A stretch of DNA of 64,000 nucleotides from Paraspadella gotoi (Eukaryota > Animalia > Chaetognatha). The notes beneath the pieces are model-generated. The model made no database searches, had not been told where the DNA came from, and saw only the letters and a list, made by a program, of their open reading frames with translations. Location of the stretch: assembly GCA_051294375.1 (NCBI GenBank), contig CM119265.1, positions 29,488,852 through 29,552,851 on the forward strand, in the 5' to 3' direction. This document shows positions 13,293-27,180 of this stretch, piece by piece (position 1 is the first letter of the stretch; every line of letters begins with the position of its first letter). The position numbers and the translations under genes were made by a program.

Positions 13293-14328
13293 GAAACGAC
13301 TCAAAAATTAAGCACGGGATTAATTAAAAAGTAATGCAACAAATGTAATTATAAGATTATATCAAAATCAAGTTCGGTTTTTAAACAAAACAGAAAAAAC
13401 ATCAACAAAAGAACAGCTGCGCTTTAATCAAATTTAAAAAAAAGATTATTACAAATTGTTTCTGATTTGTTAAATACATACTGTTAATTAATAATTCAGT
13501 ATTTGTTTATGCTTGCCGGATTGCAACCCATTACCAAGCTTGATTGGTTTTGAAAGTTGATACGAGTCTGCGAGGGTTTAAGACGAACCCAAAAAGGTCT
13601 ATTGATTAGGCATTGAACTCGGGACCTTTAGGTCCTAGATCAAAAGCTTGTCCCAACTAAAGTTAAACTTTAACTCTCAATTAACATAACTACTTGGCAC
13701 TCAATAACATTTCCTAACATAACTACTCTATTGAATACATGACATTAAAAAAAGAAAGGTTTTTGGAAACCTCATTATGAAGAAGAGTTGTTGATTACTT
13801 TTAATTAATTATATTAACTACTTACAATAAAAAACAATATTTACAATTGAGAATGTATACGTTATTACAACGTACTAAACAATAATAAAAATAGATGAAA
13901 ATACTTGAGGCAAATTGATTGTAGACAAAACGAAAATAATAAAAGGTTGACCGACGACAACGAGAACAAAGACGTTGAGGTTTAATATTGTTTGGTGAGT
14001 TGTATTTTGCGACGAGGGTAAGTTAATTGACCGAGGTCAATTCAGGTCACCAGAGGTTTAGGTTAAATGATTAATTGTAACATTCTAGCGATTATTATAT
14101 TATTTGTATTGGATATTTTTTCAATGTTTTTCGTTTCCTTATTATTAATCAAATTCAAAACTGTCTGTACTCTGCAGCGTTCTTAGACTAAAACTACTAT
14201 CGAGGCAAGATAGAGGCTCACCCTACCGCCAGAACCTTCTCTCCCCCGGGCCTTCTCTTCCCCCTCTCAACGCCTCCTCCTCCCCTCGTCGTCCCCCTCC
14301 TTTTCATCACGGAGTCACGGATAGAGTC

Positions 14329-14737
14329 TTGGAGATCGGACTCACTCTCTCACAACTCTTCTCTTGGAGATCGGACTCACTCTCTCACAACTCTTCTCTT
14401 GGAGATCGGACTCACTCTCTCAAAACTCTTTCTCTTGGAGATCGGACTCACTCTCTCACAACTCTTCTCTTGGAGATCGGACTCTCTCACAACTCTTCTT
14501 GAATCGGACTCACTCTCTCACAACTCTTCTCTTGGAGATCGGACTCACTCTCTCAAAACTCTTCTCTTGGAGATCGGACGCTCACTCTCTCACAACTCTT
14601 CTTCTGGAGATCGGACTCTCTCACAACTCTTTTCTTGAGATCGGACTCACTCTCTCACAACTCTTCTCTGGGAGATCGGACTCACTCTCTCACAACTCTT
14701 CTCTTGGAGATCGGACTCACTCTCTCACAACTCTTCT
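14329..14737. repeat. 35-bp tandem repeat (TTGGAGATCGGACTCACTCTCTCACAACTCTTCTC); second copy 24051-24360
   Basis: Direct observation. The array is shorter in the duplicate copy. Confidence 0.95.
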
Positions 14738-15119
14738 CCTCTCCTCACGATCTCTGGGTCCTCAAGCCTTCCTCTTACCCTCTCCCCCTTTTATGAACCC
14801 TAATATATCACATTTTTAGTTGAGGATATCTACTCAAAAACTGATTTTATTTGATAAAAATCTGAATATTTCCGAATCTAAATTAAATTTTCTTTCCGTA
14901 TCTTTCTTCCATTTTTTCGTAGATAAAATCGTTTAGAAGTTACAGGCAAAAAAGATCGCTACTTCAAATGAAAAATGGCACAAAAATAATAATTAATTTC
15001 TTACAGTTTTGGTATTTATTTATTTGTTTTTATTCAAATAGAACTAATTATTTTTTTTTTAATTTGCAATGCTAAAAGTATTGTACCTTTTTTTGGTTCA
15101 AAAAATGCCATTATAGCTT

Positions 15120-15283
15120 TTCGACAGAGGGAAAGACGCGCAACATCAACATCAGGGCTGAAAAGAATGGCGTCAAAGATGTGGAAAAACATTTCACTGT
15201 CTTACCCTCAATCGCTTGTACGAGAGCATGGCCAGACAAATACAGGCAGTAGTCGATGCGAGAGAGGCCATACCAAGTATTGA
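15120..15283 (+). pseudogene. Tc1-like transposase C-terminal fragment (duplicate at 24745-24992)
   Basis: The two copies read KMWKNISLSYLNSLYESMARQ(I/M)QA(V/G)V(D/G)A..GHTKY-stop. This matches the typical Tc1 C-terminus SMPRR..AVI.AKGG.TKY. Confidence 0.8.
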
Positions 15284-16481
15284 AAATGTGTTTTTTTTTT
15301 TTTTTTAATAAATTAACTTTTCAACAACTATGTGATATACTTTTTTTCCTAGATAGTAGTTTGGTTTAAAATGTTTAAAACGAACACAACTAATACTCAC
15401 GTCTTTTTGCGGCATCTGCGGCATTCCAGGCATCTGTTGCATCTGTCCTCGATTCGACGAACGGCGATTTGTCTCGATGACGTCCATCGTTAACAAAGAA
15501 CAACGAATTTTATTAAAAAAGACTTTTTTAAAAGATTTGATAGGATAGTTCAATGAGAGCAAAGATAGGATAGAAATGAAAGCAATGATAGAATAGCAAT
15601 GAAAGCAATGATAGAATAGCTCAATGAGAAGCAATGATTGGATAGCAATGAGAGCAAAGATAGGATAACTCAATGAGAGCAATGATAGGATAGCGTTGCT
15701 GTTGAGGAAAGGCAAAATTAGAAATAGAGGGAGAGACTTATTTTCAATAGCAAGAAAAGTTAGGAAATTTTTAAAAATGATGACGAGACGCGACGACGAC
15801 GACGACGACGAGGATGACGAAGAAGGAAAGAAAGTCGTCCTCATCCTTCATCCTTCATCCTTCTTCCTCTTCTTCTTCCTTCTTCCTTCTTCCTTCTTCC
15901 TTCTTCCTTCTCCGTGTCCCGCGACCGAAGGGAAAACCAAGGAGAAGGAGGGGAACACTTCGCTTCGGTCTGTAAATATGTCAGTAATGTCATCAAATGA
16001 TTGTCAGTAATGTCATCAAATGTTGTCAATATGCAATCAAATAATTTGCCTTGTAATGTCTTCAAATGTTTGTCAGTAATGTCATCAAATGTTTGTCAGT
16101 AAGTCATCAAATGTTTTGTAACTAGTCGTTTTGGTTGTGTTTCTGACTTACGTCGGCTTAGCGGATTTATCATTGTTGAACAGAGTATTAGATTTAAGCG
16201 CCTTGAAGCGATTTTTTATGTCTTGCGAAGCACTGGTTAACTATTTTGTCGGATGTTGCAGATCGAGCAAGACCACAAATAGTTTACATTTTCGCTATGG
16301 AAATTGTTGCCGACAAAAAACCATCTATCAAATGAAATATTGGTCGGGACCATGACGACAACGACGATGTCAATGATGACAACGACGACAATAACTAAAA
16401 CGACGACGTCGACGACAACGATGACGACGACGACAACGACGATGATTCAAAGAATAAATTCAAGTTTTTCGTTTTTTTTAT

Positions 16482-16982
16482 TTTTAGCTGGATCTGTTTC
16501 AGCAGATCCCGACTCTATAATTCACTTTGTTGGTCTGTCGGTCCACCCCCTCAATATTGTTGGGCATCACTTATATCATGTCAGTACATCGAATTATTGA
16601 TAATTATGCAAAAAAAGATTCCGTCCATCTCCGTCCGTCCGTCCGACCGTCCGTCCGTCGTGTAGGTAGGGAAGTGTGTGATTGAAGTTTCGATGAAATC
16701 GTCCGATGGAAATGAGTTTAAATGGAAAAAATAAAAATATATATTTCACTATTTGAACACCATTACTCAATGAGTGAATGGGGCGATAGACTTGAATTTT
16801 GCATTTGGGCTAGAAAAGTGTGTGATTAAACTGGAAATCAATTTTCGATGGAATCGTTTGAGTGGAAAATGAGTTTAAATGGAAAAAACAAAAGAACCTA
16901 TTTAACGATTTGATTATGCCTTTTTTTCTTTTTATTTTAAATGTAAAAGCAAGATGTAATAATTAATCAATAATTAATCAGT
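16482..16982 (+). mobile_element. DINE-1/Helentron-like element truncated by a gap (counterpart of 26154-26910)
   Basis: Same 5' hairpin, (GTCC)n and core sequence. Confidence 0.75.
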
Positions 16983-17039
16983 NNNNNNNNNNNNNNNNNN
17001 NNNNNNNAAAGAAGAGAGAGATAATTCAGCGGTTCATAC

Positions 17040-19822
17040 GCTGGATGAGGACAGATAGGAGAGAGAGAGAAGATGACAACAGAGAAACAGAGAGGCGGTT
17101 TTCAATTCCATCTCGATTCGAATCCAGAGGCAACAATGTTATCGATGTACGCTAGTACGAAGGCCAACCTGAAGGGGGAAGAGAGAGGGTTGAGGTTGAG
17201 CAGCAGAGATGGACCGTTGAGCGTGGCATCAGAGATGGTGGTTGAGGTGGCATCAAGAGATGGAGGTTGAGGTGGCATCGAGATGGTGGGTTTAGGTGGA
17301 ATAGAATGGGTGCGTCGTGGTTTGGATGTAAGAGGAAATGGTGGTTTAGGCTGGCATCAGAGATGGTGGTTTGAGGTGCATTCAAGATGGATGTTGACGG
17401 TGAATAGAGATGGGAGGTTTGAGGTGGCATAGAAGATGGTGGTTTTAGGTGGCATCAGAATAGTGTGGTTGAAGGTGGCATCAAGATGGTGGTTTAGGTG
17501 GCATCATATGAGATGGAGGTTGGAGGTGCCATCTAGAGTGGAGGTTGGAAGTGGTCATCAAGAGATGCGAGGTTAAGGACTGCCGTGAAGAGATGGTAGT
17601 GTGCTATAGGGTTGGTGCATCGAGACAAAGATAGTATGATATGGTTGACGGCTGTCGTGCACATGCTAGAGAGATGAAGTAGTTTGTTGGAGGTGGCAGG
17701 TGCGTAGAGAATGGGTTGGTTGAGAGATAGAGATAGAAATGGTGGTTTGAGGTGTGCATCAGAGATGGTGGTTGAGGTGTATAGAGATGGGTGGTTGAGG
17801 TGGCATCAGAGTATGGCGTTGAGGTGGCATCAGAGATGGTGGTTGAGGTGGCACAAGATGGAGGTTGAGGTGGCATAGTGAGATGAGATGGTTAGGTGGC
17901 ATGAGAGAGTGGACGGGTTGGAGTGATGGCATGAGAAGATGGAGGTTGAAGTATGGCATCTAGAGATGGAGGTTAAGTGGGCTGGCCTCAGAAGATGGGT
18001 GGGTTTGAGGTGGATCAAGATGGTGGTTGAGGTGGCATCAGAAATGGTGGTTGAGGTGGCATCAGAATGGTGGTTGAGGTGGCATCAGAAATGGTGTGTT
18101 GAGGTGGCATCAGAGATGGTGGTTGAGGTGGCATCAGAGATGGTGGTTGGGGTGGCATCAGAAGATTGGTGACGTTAGAGTGGCATCAGAGATGGTGGTT
18201 GAGGTGGCATCTAGAGGATGAGTGTTTTAGGTGGCATGCAGAGATGTTGGTTGGTGGCATCAGAGATTGGAGGTTGAGGTGAAACTAGAAATGGATGGTT
18301 GAGGTGGCATCAGAGTGGTGGTTGAGGTGGCATCAGAAATTGGTGGTTGAGGTGGCATCAGAGATGGTGGTTGAGGTGGCAATCAGAATGAGTATGGACA
18401 GAGATGTGTGGGGTGGCATCAGAATGTGGTTTTAGGTGCATAGAATGGGGTTGAGGTGGCATCAGAGATGGATGTATCAGATGTGAAGGTGGCAATCAGA
18501 GATTTGGAGGTTGAGGTGGCATCGAGAGGATGGTGGGTTTAGGTTGGATTCAGAGATGGTGGTATGGAAGAATGTGGTGAGCATCAGAGATGGTGGTTTA
18601 GGTGGCACAGAGATAGGTGGTTGAGGTGGCATCAGAGATGGTGGTTGAGGTTGGAAACAATGGGTGTGTGTCGGTTCTAGTTTTTGGAAGAAGCGGTGGT
18701 GGTCGAAGTGGCTGATGGTTCAGGTGGCCACCTTGAGTAGGAAGTGCCACTTTGAATAAGCGCCGACGAAAGACTTAAGTGGCGGCTAGTGGTGGCGGTT
18801 TGGCAGTGGTGGCGGTTGTGGTAGTGGTGGCTGGTATATGGCGGTTGTGGCAGTGGTGGCGGGGTTGTGGCAGTGGTGGCGGTTGTGGGCAGTGATAGCG
18901 GTTGTGGTGGGCTGGTAGTATTGCTGTGCAGTGGTGGTGTCAGGGTGCGTGTGAAGTGGTGGGTGTGTATTGGCGGTTGTGGCAGTTCGCGTTGGAGTGG
19001 GCGGTTGTGGCGTGTCGTTTTGATGGCTGGGCGTTGGCGGTTGTGGTTTGTTTGGAGTGTTCGTTGAATGGCGGTTTTGCATGTGGCGGTTTGTGTTGTA
19101 GGCGTATGGATGGCGGTTGTGGCAGTGGTGGCGGTTTGAGTGGTGCGTGTCAGTGTGGCGGGTTGTTGGTAGTATTGGCGTTGGTGCATGTGGGTTGGCA
19201 GTGGTGGCGGTTGTGGCTAGTGGAGGCGGTTGTCGGGCAGTGATGTACAACTGTAATACTGGCAGTAATGCGTGACAGCGTTGGAGAGTGACGCAAGTAA
19301 CGATGCAGTTTACAAAATTGACGAATTTATGTAAAGGAATTTTATGAATTTAAAAAAATTAATTTCGTTAAAAAAACATTAAATCCAATGTTTTATTATA
19401 GAGGGAATTGAAGGGGATTATATATTATTAAAAATCGACATTTTTTGTTGGAACAATTGATTAAAACGGACATTCAAAAAAAAGGAAAAAAAGAGTAGAC
19501 TGTATCGATTTCAAACGACGACCTACATTCGCTTTGACTGCAAAATTTTCAAACAGTTTTTTTTTTTATTAATTTGATTTATTTAGTAAATCGTCATCGA
19601 CTATTCCACCTTTTTTTCTTTTTATTCTTTTTTTTCTTTCTTTTTCTTTCTTTCTTTTTCTTTTTTTCTTTAATTCACTTTATATTTTTTTAAAATATCT
19701 TTCTTTTCTTTCTTTTTCGCTCTATTTTTATTTTATTTTTTTCCTTCTTTTTCTGTCTTTCTTTCTGTCTCTCTTACTTTTTCCCTCGAGTAGGGGGGTC
19801 TTAGTGGATTAGCAAGTTGGGA

Positions 19823-19882
<60 letters not shown>

Positions 19883-20061
19883 AAATCTAATAAGGGGAGA
19901 AAGAAGAGAAAGAATCAAATTTCTCAAGACAAAAGTCTTTTTTTTTCTAATCGACAGAATTTGTCTTCTCTTCTTTCTAGTCATTCACTTTTTAACAATT
20001 TTTTATTTACTTTTCAAAAGTTAAATGATTTCCTGTTATTTTAAGACTTGCTCCACCCCCT

Positions 20062-20102
<41 letters not shown>

Positions 20103-20345
20103 TCTCTCTCTCTGTCTCTTTCTCTCTCTCTCTCTGTCTCTCTCTCTGTCTCTCTCTCTCTCTCTGTCTGTCGCGGAGATCAAAAATCGATTTTATCACC
20201 GAAAAGATAAAAAAAAACAAATTTTATTTACTTTTCTTGATAAACCTAATTAATAAATTTGGCCTAAAAAAGCTAAGATTTTAAAACCAAGATTTTTTTT
20301 TTCTGGAGCAAAAAAAAAGAATCCCGCCAAAGGATTTTTCCCACT

Positions 20346-20396
<51 letters not shown>

Positions 20397-23300
20397 TCTC
20401 CTCTCTTCCACTTCGCTTTTAAATTCTTTTTCTCCCACTCCCTCTCACTCTCTCTCATCACATTAAGTAAGGGAGTTTCGTTGTTTTTTTTACGCCTCCA
20501 AAAGCAGCTTCGGTTTTATTTTTTTCTTTAAAAGGAATTTTTTTATTTCCAGATTCATGGACGCATTTTTATTCTGTAAAAAACAACTGGTAAGTCAGTC
20601 AATCTGCTTGTTTCGTGTAGATTTTAATGTATGAAAATGTAAAAAAATTACCAATAGTTTTGTTTTAAAAACTTAACTGTTTAGGAGTACAACAAGTGAA
20701 TTTTCAGCTGGCATTTTTATTAAATGTCAAAATCATAGTCAAGTTCAATCACAAAATCTAAATGTCAGCTCCGGGTCTGCCAAGGTGCCAAGCTCGGGGT
20801 CTACCGAGGTGCCAAGTTCTGGGTCCGCCGAGGTGCCACGGTCTGCAACAAACGAAACTTCTTCGTGCGGTGCCAGACACTTTGAAAGTATAAAGTTAAA
20901 AACGATTCAAAAAAATTACAAAAACTAAATGAAAGTTAAAATTTTTTGAAAAATGTTTTCCCGCAGATTTTACCGCAGTTGAAAAGACGTTTATCCCCTT
21001 AAAAGTTGAAAAGACGTTTATCCCTTTAAAAATTTACTACAAAATCTGTTTTTACTTTTTTTTTTTAAATTATAAGAAGAATTTATTCCGAATCGTTTTG
21101 AATTACAAAGAAAATAATTTGGACTCAATTTAGAATTAAATTTAGATTTAGATTTAGATTTTTGTTAAATCTTAGTTTTGTATTTTCCTCGCAAGATTGA
21201 TTAAAACTGCTTGTTTGATTGTTCGCTTGTTTGTTTGTTTGCTTGTTTGTTGGTTGACTCGTTAGTTTGAATCTAAAAGGTACAGTAAAGTATTGGATCA
21301 GTGAAACATTCAAAAAAAAAAAATTTTAGTTAAATATTTTTTTTATTATATATGATATTGTATATGATTTAATGTTAAACGTAGTAATGAAAAGATACCA
21401 TTGTCAAATTGTTTATTTATTTAGAAATATGTTAGGATGAAAGTAGGAATTTCGAATTCATTCTACCTTATGTTTTTTTTGTTCTTTTATTCTAAAGAGA
21501 ATTAGAAAAAGGAGGAACAAAAAAAGAACAGAAGAAGTACTAATAGGAACAAAATAGGAACAAAAGAAGAACAAAAGAAGACCAAAAGGCCAATGAAATA
21601 AAAAAGAAAAAACCTTTAAAAAACTAAATTTGGAACCATATTTTCTGGATGGACTCTAGCTACGGATATCTCTCTCTCTCTCTCTCTCTCTCCTCTCTCT
21701 TCTCTCTCTCTCTCTCTCTCTCCTCTCTCTCTCGCTCTTTCTCTTGTATATAGAAAAATTCGCGATGACGGATTAATTAAAAGATGATGACGGACATTCT
21801 GTGAAAAAGAAAACAAAATTGTAGTGAGTGAGTGAGTGTGAATTGATTATAAAGAAAGGAAAAGAGAGATTTGAGTGTGAAGTGACTGCACAGAGATAGT
21901 AGAAATGTGTGATTGTTTGGTTAAATAGTCTTGTTGATTATTAATAAAAGGGAGAGGTCATTATAATTAAAATCAACTATAATGTTAAGAAATTGATAAC
22001 CGCTTGACAAAAAATTATCATCATCCACTTCTACGAAGTTTTTTCAACGGAGTCATATTAGTCATGTGATTAGATTTTCAAGAAAATTCTTTACTATTTT
22101 AAAAATTAATTAGCCTTCCGAGATTTGTGGTTTGGCGGAAAAGTAAACTTAAGAAATCACGACAATTTGATTACATTTCTTGAAAAAAAATAACTTGAAC
22201 TCTGGGTTGAAACTTTTTTTTGAAGACTTGAACAAACAAACTTTATTTTTTTCGTTTTCTATATTTTAACAATATATTCAACAGATCTCAACTTGATAGA
22301 TTTTTAATGATGATGTAGTCAATGAAATTGAGACGAATTTCAAAAAGTAAAATAATAATTTGGATTTGAATGATATTGGAATATTCGTAGTATATTCTAG
22401 GTACGTTACGAAAAAAAAAGAGAAAGGAAAGAAAGGAAGAAAGAAAGAAAGAAAGAAAGAAAGATATTCTGATATATATTTAAAATTTTGCACCTGACTT
22501 ATACAATCCAATCGATTCAATTTCTATCCTATAATTTTTATCTATCCGATTCATCGTATGTTTTTTGATTTAAACTATCCATTTTAATTCATTTTCATCA
22601 TTAAACCCCATTCTTTGAGACAAGAGCCTTCCGTCAAGACAAGAGCCTTCAGTCAAGACAAGAGCCTTCAGTCAAGAGTCAATCGCCACAGTTATTAATA
22701 GTTTTTGATATTAACTAAAACTTTTTAGTCGGATCTGCTTGTCAGCAGATCGCGACTTTGAAAAAAAATCGATGTCCATCCGTCCGTCTGTCTGTCCGTA
22801 TGTCCGTCCGTCCGTCCGTCCATCCGTCCGTCAAAACAAACATTTCGGATCAAATTAATTAATTAATTGCCAAATTAATTAAATAATTAACTTGAATAAA
22901 TTAATTATTTATTAATTAAAAAATTAACTTGAATAAATTAATTATTAATTAATTAATTACCGATAATGATCGAGGGCAGTTCCGATATTGTTTGCTCAAA
23001 CTTGTTTTGAAACGACTCAAAAATTAAGCACGGGATTAATTAAAAAGTAATGCAACAAATGTAATTATAAGATTATATCAAAATGAAGTTCGGTTTTTAA
23101 ACAAAACAGAAAAAAACATCAACAAAAGAACAGCTGCGCTTTAATCAAATTTAAAAAAAAGATTATTACAAATTGTTTCTGATTTGTTAAAATACATTAC
23201 TGTTAATTAATAATTCAGTATTTGTTATGCTTGCCGATTGCAACCCATTACCAAGCTTGATTGGTTTTGAAAGTTGATACGAGTCTGCGAGGGTTTAAGA

Positions 23301-25491
23301 CGAACCCAAAAAGGTCTATTGATTAGGCATGAACTCGGGACCTTTAGGTCCTAGATCAAAAGCTTTGTCCCAACTAAAGTTAAACTTTAACTCTCAATTT
23401 AACATAACTACTTGGCACTCAATAAACATTTCCTAACATAACTACTCTATTGAATACATGACATTAAAAAAAGAAAGGTTTTTGGAAACCCTCATTATGA
23501 AGAAGAGTTGTTGATTACTTTTAATTAATTATATTAACTACTTACAATAAAAAACAATATTTACAATTGAGAATGTATACGTTATTACAACGTACTAACA
23601 ATAATAAAAATAGATGAAAATACTTGAGGCAAAATTGATTGTAGACAAAACGAATAATAAAAGGTTGACCGACGACAACGAGAACAAAGACGTTGAGGTT
23701 TAATATTGTTTGGTGAGTTGTATTTTTGCGACGAGGGTAAGTTAATTGACCGAGGTCAATTCAGGTCACCAGAGGTTTAGGTTAAATGATTAATTGTAAC
23801 ATTCTAGCGATTATTATATTATGTTGTATTGGATATTTTTTCAATGTTTTTCGTTTCCTTATTATTAATCAAATTCAAAACTGTCTGTACTCTGCAGCGT
23901 TCTTAGACTAAAACTTACTATCGAGGCAAGATAGAGGCTCACCCTACCGCCAGAACCTTTCTCTCCCCCGGGCCTTCTCTTCCCCCTCTCAACGCCTCCT
24001 CCTCCCCTCGTCGTCCCCTCCTCTTCATCCACGGAGTCACGGATAGAGTCTTGGAGATCGGACTCACTCTCTCACAACTCTTCTCTTGGAGATCGGACTC
24101 ACTCTCTCAAAACTCTTCTCTTGGAGATCGGACTCACTCTCTCACAACTCTTCTCTTGGAGATCGGACTCTCTCACAACTCTTTTCTTGGAGATCGGACT
24201 CACTCTCTCACAACTCTTCTCTGGGAGATCGGACTCACTCTCTCACAACTCTTCTCTTGGAGATCGGACTCACTCTCTCACAACTCTTCTCTTGGAGATC
24301 GGACTCACTCTCTCACAACTCTTCTCTTGGAGATCGGACTCACTCTCTCACAACTCTTCTCCTCTCCTCACGATCTCTGGGTCCTCAAGCCTTCCTCTTA
24401 CCCTCTCCCCCTTTTATGAACCCTAATATATCACATTTTTAGTTGAGGATATCTACTCAAAAACTGATTTTATTTGATAAAAATCTGAATATTTCCGAAT
24501 CTAAATTAAATTTTCTTTCAGTATCTTTCTTCCATTTTTTCGTAGATAAAATCCTTTAGAAGTTACAGGCAAAAAAAGATCGCTACTTCAAATGAAAAAT
24601 GGCACAAAAATAATAATTAATTTTTTACCATTTTTGGTATTTATTTATTTGTTTTTATTTCAAATAGAACTAATTATTTTTGTTTTAATTTGGCAATGCT
24701 AAAAGTATTGTACCTTTTTTTGGTTCAAAAAATGCCATTATAGCTTTTCGGACAGAGGGAAAGACGCGCAACATCAACATCAGGGCTGAAAAGAATTGCG
24801 TCAAAGATGTGGAAAAACATTTCACTGTCATACCTCAATTCGCTGTACGAGAGCATGGCCAGACAAATGCAGGCAGGAGTCGGTGCCGAGAGAGGCCAGA
24901 CAAATGCCAGACAAATGCCAGACAAATGCCAGACAAATGCCAGACAAATGCAGGCAGGAGTCGGTGCCGAGAGAGGCCATACCAAGTATTGAAAATGTGT
25001 TTTTTGTTGTTTTTTTTTGAATAAATTAACTTTTCAACAACTATGTGATATACTTTTTTCCTAGATAGTAGTTTGTTTAAAATGTTTAAAACGAACACAA
25101 CTAATACTCACGTCTTTTTGCGGCATCTGCGGCATTCCAGGCATCTGTTGCATCTGTCCTCGATTCGACGAACGGCGATTTTGTCTCGATGACGTCATCG
25201 TTTAACAATAGAACAACGAATTTTATAAAAAAGACTTTTTAAAAAGATTTAATAGGATAGTTCAATGAGAGCAAAGATAGGATAGAAATGAAAGCAATGA
25301 TAGAATAGCAATGAAAGCAATGATAGAATAGCTCAATGAGAGCAATGATTGGATAGCAATGAGAGCAAAGATAGGATAGCTCAATGAGAGCAATGATAGG
25401 ATAGCGTTGCTGTTGAGGAAAGGCAAAACTAGAAATAGAGGGAGAGACTTATTTTCAATAGAAAGAAAAGTTAGGAAATTTTTAAAAATGA

Positions 25492-25528
<37 letters not shown>

Positions 25529-26663
25529 GATGACGAAGAAGGAAAGAAAGTCGTCCTCCTTCATCCTTCATCCTTCTTCCTTCTTCCTTCTTCCTTCTTC
25601 CTTCTTCCGTGTCCCGCGACCGAAGGGAAAACCAAGGGAAGGAGGGGAGACACTTCGCTTCCGTGTCTGTAAATAATGTCAGTAATGTCATCAAATGATT
25701 GTCAGTAATGTCATCAAATGTTTGTCAATAATGCAATCAAATATTTGCCTGTAATGTCTTCAAATGTTTGTCAGTAATGTCATCAAATGTTTTGTAAACT
25801 ATGTCGTTTTGGTTGGTTTTCTGACTTACGTCGGCTTAGGGATTTATCATTGTTGAACAGTGGATTAGTTTAAGCCCTTGAAAGCGATTTTTATGTCTTG
25901 GCGAAGCCACTGGTTAACTATTTTGTCGGATGTGCAGATCGAGCAAGACCACAAATAGTTACATTTTCGGCTATGGAATTGTTGCCGACAAAAACCATCT
26001 ATCAAATGAAATATTGGTCGGGACCATGACGACAACGACGATGTCAATGATGACAACGACGACAATAACTAAAACGACGACGTCGACGACAACGATGACG
26101 ACGACGACAACGACGATGATTCAAAGAATAAATTCAAGTTTTTCGTTTTTTTATTTTTAGCCGGATCTGCTTTCAGCAGATCCCGACTCTATAATTCACT
26201 TTGTTGGTCTGTCGGTCCACCCCCTCAATATTGTTGGGCACTCACTTATATCATGTCAGTACATCGAATTATGATAAATTATGCAAAAAAAAGATGTCCG
26301 TCCATCCATCCGTCCGTCCGTCCGACCGTCCGTCCGTCCGTGTAGGTAGGGAAGTGTGTGATTGAAGTTTCGATGAAATCGTCCGTATGGAAATGAGTTT
26401 AAATGGAAAAAATAAAAATATATATTTCACTATTTTAACACCAATTACTCATGAGTGAATGGGGCGATAGACTTGAAATTTTGCATTTGGGTAGAAAAGT
26501 GTGTGATTAAACTGGAAATCAAGTTTCGATGGAATCGTTTGAGTGGAAATGAGTTTAAATGGAAAAAACAAAGAACCTATTTAACGATTTGATTATGCCT
26601 TTTTTTTCTTTTTATTTTAAATGTAAAAGCAAGATGTAATAATTAATCAAATAATTAATCAGT
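17040..26663 (+). repeat. Tandem duplicate of about 8070-16982 (~9 kb)
   Basis: Collinear near-identity throughout. The copies are separated by a 25-N gap (16983-17007) and differ in microsatellite and minisatellite lengths. Confidence 0.95.
25112..25198 (-). CDS. Candidate first coding exon MTSSRQNRRSSNRGQMQQMPGMPQMPQKD (duplicate 15401-15487), gene unknown
   Basis: ATG-initiated, GC-richer island of 29 codons ending at a strong phase-0 donor GAC|gtgagt. Confidence 0.45.
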
Positions 26664-26910
26664 TAATTAATCAATTATTCAATTAATTAATTAATAATTA
26701 ATTAATCAGTCAATTAATCAATCAAAACAAACATTTCTGATCAAATTAATTAATTAATTGCCTATTTAAATAAATAATTAACTTGAATAAATTAATTATT
26801 AATTAATTAAATATTTAATTAACTTGAATTAATTATTAATCAATTATTTATTAATTAATTACCGATAATGATCGTGAGCAGATCCGACATTGTTTGCTCA
26901 AACTTGTTTT
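26154..26910 (+). mobile_element. DINE-1/Helentron-like (HINE) element, full structure
   Basis: 5' subTIR plus inverted partner (CCGGATCTGC...GCAGATCCCGAC), (GTCC)n, core, TAAT tract, 3' subTIR GCAGATCCGAC and stem-loop GTTTGCTCAAAC. T-rich flanks and no TSD. Confidence 0.8.
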
Positions 26911-26954
26911 AATCAAGAAGACGAAGACGAAATTGACTCTTGGGAAAGAGGAGG

Positions 26955-27180
26955 AAGATGATGACGACGACCACAACGACGAAGATGACGACAAAGACGA
27001 CCACAACGACGACGACCACAACGATGACGAACACCACAATGACGACCACAACAATGACGACCACAACGATGACATCCACAACGATGACGACCACAACGAT
27101 GATGACCACAACGATGACGAACACAACGATGACGACCACAACGATGACGACCACAAGATGACGACAAAGACGACAACGAA
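26955..27180. repeat. 15-bp tandem repeat (GACGACCACAACGAT)
   Basis: Direct observation. Confidence 0.9.

Noticed and set aside
14329-14737. 35-bp regular repeats resembling a CRISPR array
   Set aside because: The units are head-to-tail with no unique spacers, the context is eukaryotic and there are no cas genes.
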